DNA of 64,000 nt from Lama guanicoe (Eukaryota), in contig MU054925.1 of NCBI GenBank assembly GCA_013239625.1, positions 1,558,829 through 1,622,828 on the forward strand. Direction: 5' to 3'. A model generated the notes under the pieces. It ran no database searches, was not told the origin of the DNA, and worked only from the letters and a program-made list of their open reading frames with translations. Positions 19,147 through 61,130 of this stretch are shown piece after piece. Position 1 is the stretch's first letter; each line of letters begins with the position of its first letter. A program made the translations under genes and the position numbers.

Positions 19147-19264
19147 GGGACCAAGCCCTTGAACCTAGAGTAAAAAGTCCCTGCCTAACTTTGCAGTTGC
19201 ATATGATGAGGGGGCTGCACAAGGCAGTCTGACAGAGCCCAGGAGCCATACCTCAAAGAACTGC

Positions 19265-19270
19265 TTTATT
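19265..19270 (-). terminator. TMEM115 polyadenylation signal AATAAA
   Basis: Plus-strand TTTATT about 570 nt past the stop. Confidence 0.75.
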
Positions 19271-19839
19271 GATACTGCGAGGCTGGGCTTGGCTGCCCAC
19301 TCAAGTGGTCCTGTAGAAAATATCTGGGAACTGTGACTGTTCTGGCCCAGAAGCAGCCATGGCCACAGCAGAGGGAATCAGAAATCCTGACATGAACATA
19401 GTCTTTCTGGGGGTGGGCAGGGATGTGCAGCCCTGTGCTGGCTCCTGCACTGGCTGGACCCCCAGAACGTTTTTGGCAAATCCTTGCCTTGGCTCGGGGC
19501 TCTCGGCAACCAGTATCAGGCGTGAGGGTTGGCCCAGGAGCCATGGCACCAGTGTCCCTGTAGCCATTTGCTTGGGGCTGCCTGCTGAGGTGCAGTCTTA
19601 CCTCAGGTGGCCTGGGCTGGCTGATGCTTCAGAGGCCCCATGCCTGGCATAGTGGTTGTCTGGAACTGGAACCAGGTAGCAAGAGTCCTGGGTAGTGTTG
19701 GCGAGAAATAGCAGAAGGCTGTGGCAACCCCCAGCAGGCCTTCTTCCCTCTCCTCAGAGCAGTCAGTGCCCTGGAATAGCTGAGAGGGTGTCAAGTGGGG
19801 GCTTGGGAGAGGAGATGCTACAGTCAAGGTGGTCAGGAG

Positions 19840-22800
19840 TTATAGCTTCGGGGGAGCTGCCTCAAAGGTGATCAAGCTGGATTCTGGGACAGACCCCTTC
19901 CCTGGGATTGCGGGGGCCTTGTCTGAGGGCAGAGGGCTGTCCACCTTGGCCCCAGCTTCCTCTTCATCGTCGTCCATGCTGGGCCAGACGGACTGGTCCT
20001 CCACTCTCTTCAACCGCTCATTGAGGGCCTTCAGAGCCAGTTGCCTGGGGCCAGGGAAAAGATGACAGGTCACTCAGGGTCTGGACTTGCCTCATGTCCT
20101 GCACTCTTCCCCTGTGAAACTGATTTGCCTTACTACTCGGACTCCCCTCTCAGAATCCTACATGTTCCCCTTCCCCATGCAGGGCCCAGGGTTCCTCAGG
20201 GATTGGATTAGGACCCACTCTCCTATCAGAATGAGGACCCAAAGGCTGTAGAGCCTTCTTCCCTCCATAGCTGGGTCACCTCCAGGCTGAGAAGGCCAGC
20301 TGGGTGTATGCCAGGCTGCCCTCAGGCCAGCCCTAGGAATGGTTCTGAGGATGGTGCCTAAGACTAGGCAGAGCTGGTGTCCCAGGGCAGACAGGTGGAA
20401 GGGCAAGTCCCTGGACATATGAGTTTCTGCTGGGCACTGGCATCACATCTAAGGAGAAAGCTGTTACTTCTCCGCCTCTCCTTGTTAAGGAGCCTCCCAA
20501 CAAGGGTCTGTAGGGAAGGTTGGAACTCAAGCACCTGCCCTGGCTCTCAGCCTGGGAAACAGGGCCAACCTGGATCAACCTATCCCTCCTAACTGACTCA
20601 AATACTCTCCTTCCTGAAGAATCCCCAAAGCCACCAGGACTTGTTTTAGAGCAGGGACACCCTGAGTCCTTGCAGAGATGGAGAAATAGCCACGTGGGTA
20701 GAACACAGGCCAGAGCCTCCTGGTTCCACTGGGCAGCCCCTGGAGACCCAACTCTGGGGGGAAGTGGGAAAGTTCACGAGAAGATATATATGTGCACTTG
20801 GGACCCTGCCCTACCAAGAGGTGGAATGCTCATACTGCCGGGTAACACTTGTAATAGTGGTCACTGTGGGCCGCTGATGCCTCAACCTCTGCCACCAGCA
20901 TGGGGGACCTGTGTAGCCTTCCAAGTTCCAGCAGAGAACTAAAATCTCCACTGTACCAGAAGAGGCAATAACACAGGCACAGAAAGCCCCAGCACACTTT
21001 GACCCTGACACGTGGCAAGTTGGGACAGACAGGATAGTTCTTCCCTGCTGCTACTGAGGCTCCCAATCTGGAGACTCCCTTGCCAATTCTGTCTAAAGCC
21101 TGCCAAGGGAGAGGTTGTGGCATGCTAATCACTCCCTCACAAGGGTCCAAGGTAGGAAACCCTGCCTCCCACCATCATAGGGTAGCCCTTTGGGTCAGGG
21201 AGTGGCATGCAGCCAGATGTCAAACTGGTTGGAGGAATAACCCCCATCCCCAAGTAAGCTAAAAACATCAAAACTAAACCAAGAACCAGCTTCCCAACAT
21301 CCCTCCCTCCCCAGCCCAGCCTGCCTGAACCTGTCCATTTTCTTTAGCCTGTGCAGAGGTTTTTCAAATGTCCAGCCAACTCTAACTAACCAAGATGTCT
21401 CACTCGAGGAGGGGCCACCACTGTGGTCTGGGCCCACCTGAACAGCTCTGAGGACAGCTCAGTTTCTACCAGGCCCAGCCTCCTGGCCCCATCTTCCCCA
21501 CCATGTAAGGTTAAGACAGACCTCAGTCTTTAGGATTCATTAGCCATAGAGACACAAACTGTAGGGCCTAGAGTTATGCTCTGCTACATGCTGTGTGTAC
21601 TTTTCAACACGTTCCGCCTTGGACCACAGTTACCTGTGGCCCTTCCCTATCTGGAAACTCCTTCAGGAAAGGGTTGTGTCCCACACTCAACTTCACAGCC
21701 CCAGTGGAGAGTAAAACACAGGGAAAACTCCAGCTGAATCCATAAAGCTGCTTGTTAAGAACCCATTTCACAGTGAGAAAAAACAGAAGCCTTTGACAAA
21801 TGCAGAAAGTAGGAACAGATCCTGCTCTAGATTTCACTACTCAAGTAACTGCATCGAAAAACTTAAGAATAATGTTGGAAACTGAGCTGTGACCACTGTG
21901 GTGAGTCCAGAGATATGAGAGAGAAAGAGCTGGATTAAAAAAGATCTGTCTTGCCTTGGCCAAGTGAATAATTCAGCTGGGACTCCTCATGGTACACATG
22001 GCTTGGTTTACAGATAATGGAAAGGTTATCTCCACTCCCTGGTATGGTCAGCAGGCTCCCTCAATGGGTCAGGTGACTGTCTCCTAGGTTTGGTGACAAA
22101 TGCCTGCCAAAGTCGGGGGCAGGATGGGGGTAGGTCTAGTAATACCCTAAGCTTCGCTCTCAATAAGTGGTAGAGAAACAACAGAATCTGAATTAAGCCC
22201 TAGGAAGAGGGCATGGTTCAGCATTTGGGGTGGCCCCGACCAACTCTTAAGGACTCTAGGTCTCTTTCTCTGTTCCTCCCTCACAGGGGAGCAAGGACCA
22301 GCGGGTTGTCTCTGGCTCCCACAGGACTAGGGTCTAGGATTCTGAGATTCTGAGACAAGGCCAAGGTTATGTGTACCTAGCTCTCCAACAGCCCCTTACA
22401 CAGCTCCAAAAAGCAGGAGCTTTTCATTTCTTGAAACTTAAGTGGACTGAGTGGTGAGAAAAGGAACTTTTACTCTCTAATTTTGCAAAGTACCTCCTGC
22501 AGCCAGACACCTAAATGCTGAGCCCCTCAAGGCCACAAACTGGATTTTCTCTTTCTGAATCTGCCCCAATATCTGACTGTAGGCCAGCAGCCTACACAGA
22601 GCAAGCAATTCAACAGATGGGATGTGACTTGATCAATAAATACTCTCCTAGCTTGACAAGGTTTTGGAAGATTCCACAGTACCTTCTCCGCTCTGCGTCT
22701 TGAGGGTCTGTGCCTGGGAGGCTGATGGTGATGGAGGATGGGGCACCCACATCATAGCGCTTCACTGTCTTCTGGCATATCTTTATCTTCACCAGGAGGC

Positions 22801-23533
22801 CATGCACCAAGTTCGCCAGCAGCCCCACCACAGGCTGCAGAATCTCCGGGAAGAAGGTGGCGAAAGCAAAGTGGTCGGCCATGTCCCCTCGGCCTCGGCT
22901 ATGGCGCTGGTAGAAGCGAAGATACACCCAGCTGGAGAGCAGCCCAAAGCCGTAAGAGGCTAGTGCTGGGCTCTGGAGCAGTGTGGCCAGCCTCAGCAGC
23001 AGCAGCAGCCCCAACAGGAGCATGGGAACCACACTGACACGTACCTGGGGCACTCGCAGGACCACACAGTCCCCCATGGTTTGTTTGAGTGCCACCAGGA
23101 CACCACCTAGGAAGCCCAGGGCGCCATGGATGCGGATAGTGAAAAGGTAGACCAAGTTGAAGGAAGCCATGTAGGTGAGGAGGTAGGCAAAGGCCCCCAG
23201 CAGCCCCACCGACACGTTCACCACTGAGAAGAAGATGAGCAGCTCCAAGGCTCCCCAGAGGGGCTCCAGCAAACGTCCAGCCACCACCACTGTGGCCAGG
23301 CTGATGGCCACATCCCACACATGTTGTTCCATCAGCCCATGGGTGGCCAGGGTCCAGATCCAGAAGTTGGGCGGAAAGAGGTAGCCTGGGGTGACCGCCA
23401 GGCAGCCCGTGTCCACGGCGAAGGACAGTAGGTAGAGGAATAGTACCACCGCGCACAGAGCCTTCACCACCACGCTGGCGCTGGCCAGGATGGCCCCCAA
23501 GTGTTGGCGGGCGCCCGGTAGGGCGCGCTGCAT
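19840..23533 (-). CDS. TMEM115: Transmembrane protein 115 (rhomboid-like Golgi protein), 351 aa
   Basis: Exons 22683-23533 (MQRALPGARQHLGAIL...DAERRR) and 19840-20044 (QLALKALNERLKRVEDQ...AAPPKL*) = 1056 nt. Confidence 0.97.
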
Positions 23534-24270
23534 CTTCCCGGCGGGAGTCGGCCTGAGGGAAGGGTTTAGTGGGCTAGGGGCCTCCCCGGGGCCTCGTCCC
23601 AGTCGGCCCCGACGGGAGGCCCTGCCTTGGCCTAATCACTGGCCTATGGCCCCGGTGAAGGCTCCTTTTCCGGTTGGGTCGGCTCTGGTCCCAAAGGGCA
23701 GAGCCGGGCCTGGTCGCGGGGCCGGGGACCTGGGGGAAGGCCCCGGGCAGCTTCAGCGCGCCTGCCTGCCTGCCCTGTGGGCCCTGCGGCACGGCGACCG
23801 TGCTGGCGGTGATCTCAGGGTTCGGTCTCCTCCATCCACTCTGAGACCCTACGGTCCGCGGGGTACTGGAGCCTAGTTCTGGGCCGGAGTCAAGTCTGGT
23901 CAGCTCCGCCTCGGCCTCGGCCTCGGCTTCGGCAGTACCTCCTCCCTTCTCAGGCGCCGACAAACAGGGGCGCTGCGCCTGCGCGTCCCAGGCGGCCTCA
24001 GGATGCCCTCTGAGCGTCGGCCTTGCGGCTCCGCGGCATGCTGGGACATGGAGTCCCCAGCCCAACTCGGGGCCGGCGGAAATCAGGGTTCTGGGTAGAA
24101 CAACAAGTCCCAGGAGGCTATGCGCCCGGGCCCTTCCTGTTGGTGGTGAGAGGAAGGTGTGCTTGGGAGTTGTAGTTCTCAGGGCCGTTTCCGTCGTTCT
24201 TCGGAGGTGGGAGAGGGTGAACGAGCATAGCTAATCTCGGGGGAGCGGCGGGTACCAGCGGCAGCGCTAT
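23380..24270. promoter_or_regulatory. TMEM115 CpG-island promoter
   Basis: CpG-rich. NRF1-like GCGCCTGCGC near 23975; ZNF143/THAP11-type motifs on minus at 24036-24054 and 24161-24177. Confidence 0.8.
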
Positions 24271-24469
24271 TGCAGGCAAAGCATTTGCTGAATTTCCGGG
24301 GAGAGTGGCTCTGTGTGTGCCTGTATGTCTGAGTGGGTGTGTCCTGTGGACGGGTGTGCGGATAGAATGTTGGATGGTCCAGTGGGTGTGAACTCCCGAA
24401 ACTTCCGCGGCCTGTTGTATGCCAGGCCCAGGTTGTATGGGGTGTAGGGGACCTGACTCAGGTTGGAAT

Positions 24470-24660
24470 TCTTGCTCTGCCTTTTGGCGGCTGTGTGACA
24501 TTGGCCAAGTTCCTGGACTTTGTTTAGACTCAGTTTCATGGACCATAAAATGGAGGTGATGACAGGACCTACTGTGAGGATCCAAGGTACCTGGGGTATA
24601 AAATACCAGTCCACCCCGGGTGCTCAGTGTGTTGCCCAAGCTGCCCTTATTACAAGTGAG
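24470..24660. mobile_element. MIR-like SINE fragment
   Basis: GCTGTGTGACATTGGCCAAGTT...CTCAGTTTC...AAAATGGAGGTGATGA resembles the MIR core. Confidence 0.5.
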
Positions 24661-25061
24661 GTGGAGCCTGTATTAGAACTCAGGTCTCCAGCACCCAAAA
24701 GGGGCAAGGCTGGGCCTCTCTCAGTGACGCTCCTCCCCACAATAACTGACCTGGATGAAAAGAGGTCTCTCTACAAACTTCGGTCAGACTGGCCGTGGGC
24801 CCCCACCTCACTGAAACGTGACTTAAGGCAGCTTGTGTCTTGTGCAAACTGATTTGTGTGTGTGTGTGTACTGAGTTACTTTTTTAAAATGTGCATATAA
24901 TTGAAATAGTTATATGACAAAGATCATTTATAAAGTACCAAATCCTTTCCTTCCACTGACTTCAGCCCAACTGCCAATGTGTGCATAACCTTCCTGGTTA
25001 AAAAGGGTATTGCTATCCTTTATCTTTGGGGTCTAGGTTCCCATTGGATGCCACCCCAGGG

Positions 25062-25273
25062 TAGGGTTGCCAGATTTAGCAAATCAAAATACAGGACCCT
25101 CAGCTAAATTGGAATTTCAGATAAACAATGAATAATTTTCGTCAGTGTAGGCAGGTCCCCAATTTTCAGTATAGTTATGTCCAATGCAGTGTTGGCAATA
25201 TACTGAAAATATTTGTTGATTATCTGAAATTCCAAATGTGACTGGATGTTCTGTATTTTTTAGCGCAACTATA
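25062..25273. mobile_element. MER53-like palindromic hAT MITE
   Basis: TAGGGTTGCCAGATTTAGCAAAT...GAATTTCAGATAAACAA with an inverted copy TTATCTGAAATTC...GCAACTATA. 8-bp TSD CCCCAGGG / CCCCAGGA. Confidence 0.8.
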
Positions 25274-26354
25274 CCCCAGGACCTCTGGGGCTGTTGTGGG
25301 GCATGGGAGCTGTCTCAGGGGTTGCTAGCTAGGCTTTGCTCTGTGGCCAGAACTTGCCACAAGAGGAGTGAGGAAGGGTGTCCTCGCTAAGGCCTGGAAT
25401 GCCCTCTTCCATTTATTTAGCATCCAAGGCCCCCCAGCCACAGGCCACCTCCCCTCTGAAACCTTTGCTGGTTTCTTGCCTCACTGGGAGAAAGAATTTC
25501 TCTTAAGCCTTAGTTTGCTCATCTGTGGTATGGGATAAACTAGTATCCAACTCTAAGGTGGTGGTGAGGACTCAGCTGGCTGCCCACTAGGTGAGTACAG
25601 AGTTGGAATATGTATTGTAAGAGAGCGGCTGTCAGCAGCACTGGCAAACCTCTGCCCTGGTCTTTATAAGTCCTTCCCTTTGAAAAGAACTGGGAAGGTC
25701 ACACAGAATAGGGCTGATATTGAGAAAGTTGGGGTTAAAGTGAACAAAGGTGTAGGGTTGGCCAGAAGGAAGTCTGAGAGGATCTGCAGAAAGAGACTCA
25801 AAGTTGGGTTCCAGTGTGAGGTGCAGTGGCCACTGAGGGTACCAGGCCTTCCCTGGGCTGGGATGGAGCAGCCATCATACTTGGGGATGCGCCAGACCCT
25901 GCCCTCCACCAGACAGCACTGAGCCCTCAAGCACCAGGTCACGGACTCAGGTCAGGTACTCACTCTGTGCTCCAAAGTGGAGGACCTGCCCACTAGGCCC
26001 AGGTGGTCTGACCCTATGGCCAGAAGCTTGCGTAAACCAGCATCTCATCTCCATCTTCTCTCCTCCACAGTCTTGGCCTTGAGCCTCTGGAGACTTTTTT
26101 TTTTTAAAGAAAACTTTTCCTGGAGGTTTTTGAGAAGAGTATGAGACAAAGGATACCAAAGTTCTGGCACTTAGGAGGCCTGGGAAGCGTCATTCCCTAC
26201 ACCCTCCAGGAACGAGGATTCCTACGGCCTTCACTCCCAGTTGAGTGGTGAGTGGGGCTCTGAGGTCATGGCCACGTGTCTTCAGGCCACCCAATCCTCA
26301 CTCCAGGGCAGACACAGTGGATGGGAATCATTTGAAGTGAAAATATGAACATTA

Positions 26355-26360
26355 TTTAAT
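26355..26360 (-). terminator. CACNA2D2 polyadenylation signal ATTAAA (3' UTR ~26340-28210)
   Basis: Plus-strand TTTAAT at the end of an AU-rich 3' UTR-like block (26340-26720). Confidence 0.65.
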
Positions 26361-28210
26361 AACTGATTTTCTGTAATAAACCATTTGAAAATATTTTACA
26401 AGGAATCACACACAATATTTTACAAAGTTCTTGACTTTTTTGTCGCTGTTTGTCCAACTTGCTGTACAAAATAGAACAACCAAAAAAAAAGGGCAGATAA
26501 GAGAAAATGGACCCCCAGCCCCCAACAGATCCCCCAAGCCCGAGGCAAGGGGCAGCCAGGTCGGGTGGGTGATGAGAAGGATCAGACCCAGCCGGGGGTT
26601 GGACAACTACCTGATGGGGATTGTTTTGTCTGCTTTTCTGTTTTTTAAACTTAAAATATATATTTTCTGTATATGTTTGATTCTTTTTTATTTTTGTATT
26701 CTCCATTGAGCACCTGACTACACTACAGTTACACACACACGCCCCCGCAAGACATGGCTGGCATCCAGGCTGGGTGTACAGCTTGGGCACCCACCCTGGC
26801 ACCAGCAGCAGGCATGGACCATACACACACACTGAGAAAGCAACAAGCAACGTGACATTAATTAACGGAGCCATTAATTAATGCATCACCCTCCCCCCTC
26901 CTCCAACTCCATCTGAGCCCCACGGCCACATCCCCCTGCCCTCAGTCCCCCACTGGCCCCCAGGCTGGGATGCCTTTGGGGGAAATGACCAGAATGAAGA
27001 TGAGCCCAGGCCCAGCCTGTGTGTGTGCAGAGTGTGTATATGTGTTTACGTGTGTGCAAGTGTTCAGCAGGGAGGAGCAGTTTGGCAAGGGAGTGTGTGT
27101 GGAAGTGGGCACAGGCCTGAGTGTGGGCCAGACTGGGGGTGGGATGACCCAGCTAGGAGTGATCAAGTCACCCCGCTAAGGCAAGGGGCAATGTCCGGTG
27201 AGAGTTCCTCTGCCGAGGGATGCAGGCAGTGGCATGTGGTCCCACTGAAGGCCTGACACTAGTGAGAAATGGTTACAATGAGCACCTGGTGGAGTGAGGG
27301 GCATTTAGGGGACACTGGTGGCTAGGGTGGGACAGAGGGGTCTTCACCCCTTGCCCCAGCATTTGGCACTGTTTGACATTCAGCTTTAGAGACGGAGGAC
27401 CAGCTGGGCTGCAGGTCAGATTAGAGGCGGATGGTGAGCAGGAGATGGAGTGTGCATGTGCCAACCCTCCCACCAACCCTTCATCCTGTGTAAGGCTTTG
27501 TGAGCCCCGACTCCCACCCCACCCCACGGTATGTGTGTGTTTGTGTGTGTCTGTGCACGTCTGTGTTTGTGTGTGTCCTCCTGGATATGTTTAATGTGAG
27601 TCCAGTTTCTGCCCTCAGGGCTCCAGATGTGTATGGGGTTGTGTCTGAGCCAGTCACTGTCCTGCAACCTGCAGAGCTTGGTGAGGGAGAGGTGGCTGTA
27701 GGCGTGAGAGAGGCAGGAGGGCTGCCCAAGGACCTCTCTTCTGCTAGGACTTAAGCTGGGATGCACAGGCCTCAAACTGCCCATCTCAACTTCCTCCATG
27801 ATTCCCAGGGAATCCAGATTTGGTCCTGGGTAGGGCAGAAGAACCAGGTTAGAGGAGTTCAGCTGGGGCAAGACCTAGGCCTCCCACACAAACGGAGCCT
27901 CAGGGCAGGGTGGGCAGTGGAGGCCTGGTTTGGCACCAGTACTGTGTCTTCCCTGGCCCAGTCCTGGGGGGAGAGGCGAGTAAGTCAAGTGGGAATGAGG
28001 GGTCTTGGGACACTTTCGACAGTTCAGGCGCTAGATGTGGCTTGGGGGCCAAAGACTTGAAACGCTCTCCTTTGGGAATCCACCTCCCTGCCCACCAGGT
28101 GCAGACTCTTGGGGGCCCTGCGTGCTCAGGTCCTTCAGTGAGGGAGGGGGTGAAGCTCTAAGGCGGGGAGTGTGGGGCGGGGGAGCAGGGGACTGGCAGG
28201 GAGGGAGCAC

Positions 28211-58925
<30,715 letters not shown>

Positions 58926-60639
58926 TCAGGGACTCCCTGGACATCCTGCCAGACTCCCAGAGATTCCATGGCACCAAAAATTCTCCAGCTCACTGTGTGG
59001 GCCCTTTCCCTACCCACAGCAGGTTCCCACAGACAAGGTGAAGCCTGCAGAGAGTGATCTGAGGGGCGTCTCCATGGGATGTCCTGGACTTCAGCTCAGC
59101 CACACCTCCTGCCCACAGGATGGCAGGGGGATCCCCAGGATGCACTGGGACTTAGGCTCTGGAACCAAGTCCACTGTCACTCTCTATCCACTACAAACCA
59201 GTGTCAGCCCAGTGCCGAGAGGAAGGCCCTCTCCAGCCAAGGGTGAACTGTCAGAAGTGAGAGTGCCTTGCTGACGCACCTTTGCCCCCAGCTTGTTCAG
59301 GGTCCAGCAGAAGGTGCCCATAGCTGACCTCTGCCCACCTAAGCCCAGCACCACTGTCCCTGTCCTGGCTTCCTGAGTTTCCTTCCAGCAGGGCTTGCCA
59401 AGCCTTCTGTTCACACAAGCCTGGCCTGTCCTTTGGTGCTGGTTCCTGCAGTCTCTTCCGTCAACTACTCTGCCCATGAGCACAGCTGTATCTGTTCACA
59501 CCTTGTTACCTGGCACACCTGGCACCAGGTTGTGCTGATGTGCAGAGATATGGCAGAGTTAGCCCTATCGTCTCTCAGTTCACAGAGGGAAACAGACTCA
59601 TAACTGGACAGAACAACCAGGGTAGGAATAATTGAGGTGCTTCTGGGAAGCTCAGTGTTGTGGGAACTTGGGACATCAGGGAAGACTTCCTGGAGGAGGC
59701 ATCAGAATCAGACTACTTTCTGGGCCTAAATCCTGGATGCCCAGAGATTCTTATTTTGTATCTCCATGGATCCTGTCCCTCTACTAAATCTTGGGGCTCT
59801 TGAGTCTGGCCCTTTAGGGCCTACCACAGAGCTGAGTGCAGTGATGTCCTGTTAATCATAATGATGACTGTCACCCTGAATGGGTCACCTACTGCATCTA
59901 AGCCCTCCCCTGGGCCAGAGACACATCATGTGTACCTGTCCCCATTCACAATGTGCCTGACACATCCTCCTTAGATGAGGATACCCAGGCATGCAGGTGG
60001 TGAGTAGCCTGCCTAAGTTCATGGAGTGACTCTAGGTTGGGCGTGGGCCCTCACCACCGAATTTGCCTTGCCTAGCCCATGACTAAGGTCTGAAGGCATT
60101 CTCCACAGGGCCCACCAGGCCTGGGAGAGAGAGAGTGGCTCTTGGTGGGGGATGGGCTCTGGTCCCCAACACCCTGCCCCCCTCGACTCCGTGGGTGGAG
60201 CAGTAGGGTCCTGTCTTCTGGCCTCCAGCCCTACTCAGAAGGCCCTGGCCCCTTAGTATTCAACAGAAGTGCTCCCCTCCATCAGCCCAGGCCTAAAGGC
60301 TTGTGGGCCCCAGAAGGGAGGTTCTAATAAAGCCTGGAAGCTGCCCCTCAGGGGAAGTGGGAAACCAGCTTTTCCTCCCTTCCAGCATGAAACAGTGTGG
60401 TGGTGGGGGGGACCTGGGGATTCCCAGGAGAGCTGCAGTCTCCACTTTCTGGGCAGGATGCCACCCCTGGCAGTTAGAGGGGCCATCCAGAGCCAGCCCC
60501 ACTCCCACTGGGCCTGGCACCCTCTCCTCCTCAGGCCAGGAGCACTGAATGCTGGGGAGGATATGAGGCTGAGGGACCTGGGGGCAGGGTGGGAAAGTCC
60601 GTCTCAGAGTCAAACCCCCTCGTTTCACAACGTTGAGTC

Positions 60640-61130
60640 CCCCCTGGCCTCCACTTCCCTCTCCTCTTACCCTATCTGTCTTTCTTGTAGGTTCTGTCCT
60701 CTGCCCACCTGTTACTGCAGTGCCTGCTTAGGTGGGCTTTAGGGCCACAGGCCTTTCTACTCCCAGACACCTCCCAGGTCTTGCCTCCAATCCTGGCCCC
60801 TCCTGAGTTCCTGGACACCTGGGGTTATCCCCAGGCACACTGGAGCTCATGACACCCTTCTTGAAATGAGACCATCCACCTTGTTACATCCCCCTACATT
60901 CCACCATTGATGTTACTCAGATCACCCACTGGTCATCCCAGCCCAGACCGTCCTCCCTCAGCCTCCTGTATCCTCTCTGGCCCCTCATCATCTTTCTCCA
61001 CACAGCACCTGGCACCTTCAACATGTGGATCTGAGCACACGGCTACCCACTCCTCCCCAAACCCCTAAACCCTTTGGCCGCTCATTATGGCTCTGCATTT
61101 AAAAGGCAAAGCTTTCTTAAGGTCCCAGGG
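60640..61130. mobile_element. Degenerate L2-like fragment
   Basis: Pyrimidine-rich L2-like sequence (CTCCACACAGCA...CCTCCCCAAACCC). Approximate. Confidence 0.35.

Noticed and set aside
22610-23533. 307-aa single-exon TMEM115
   Set aside because: The ORF runs past the donor at 22682. The spliced 351-aa form is complete, and no minus-strand intronic poly(A) signal is evident nearby.
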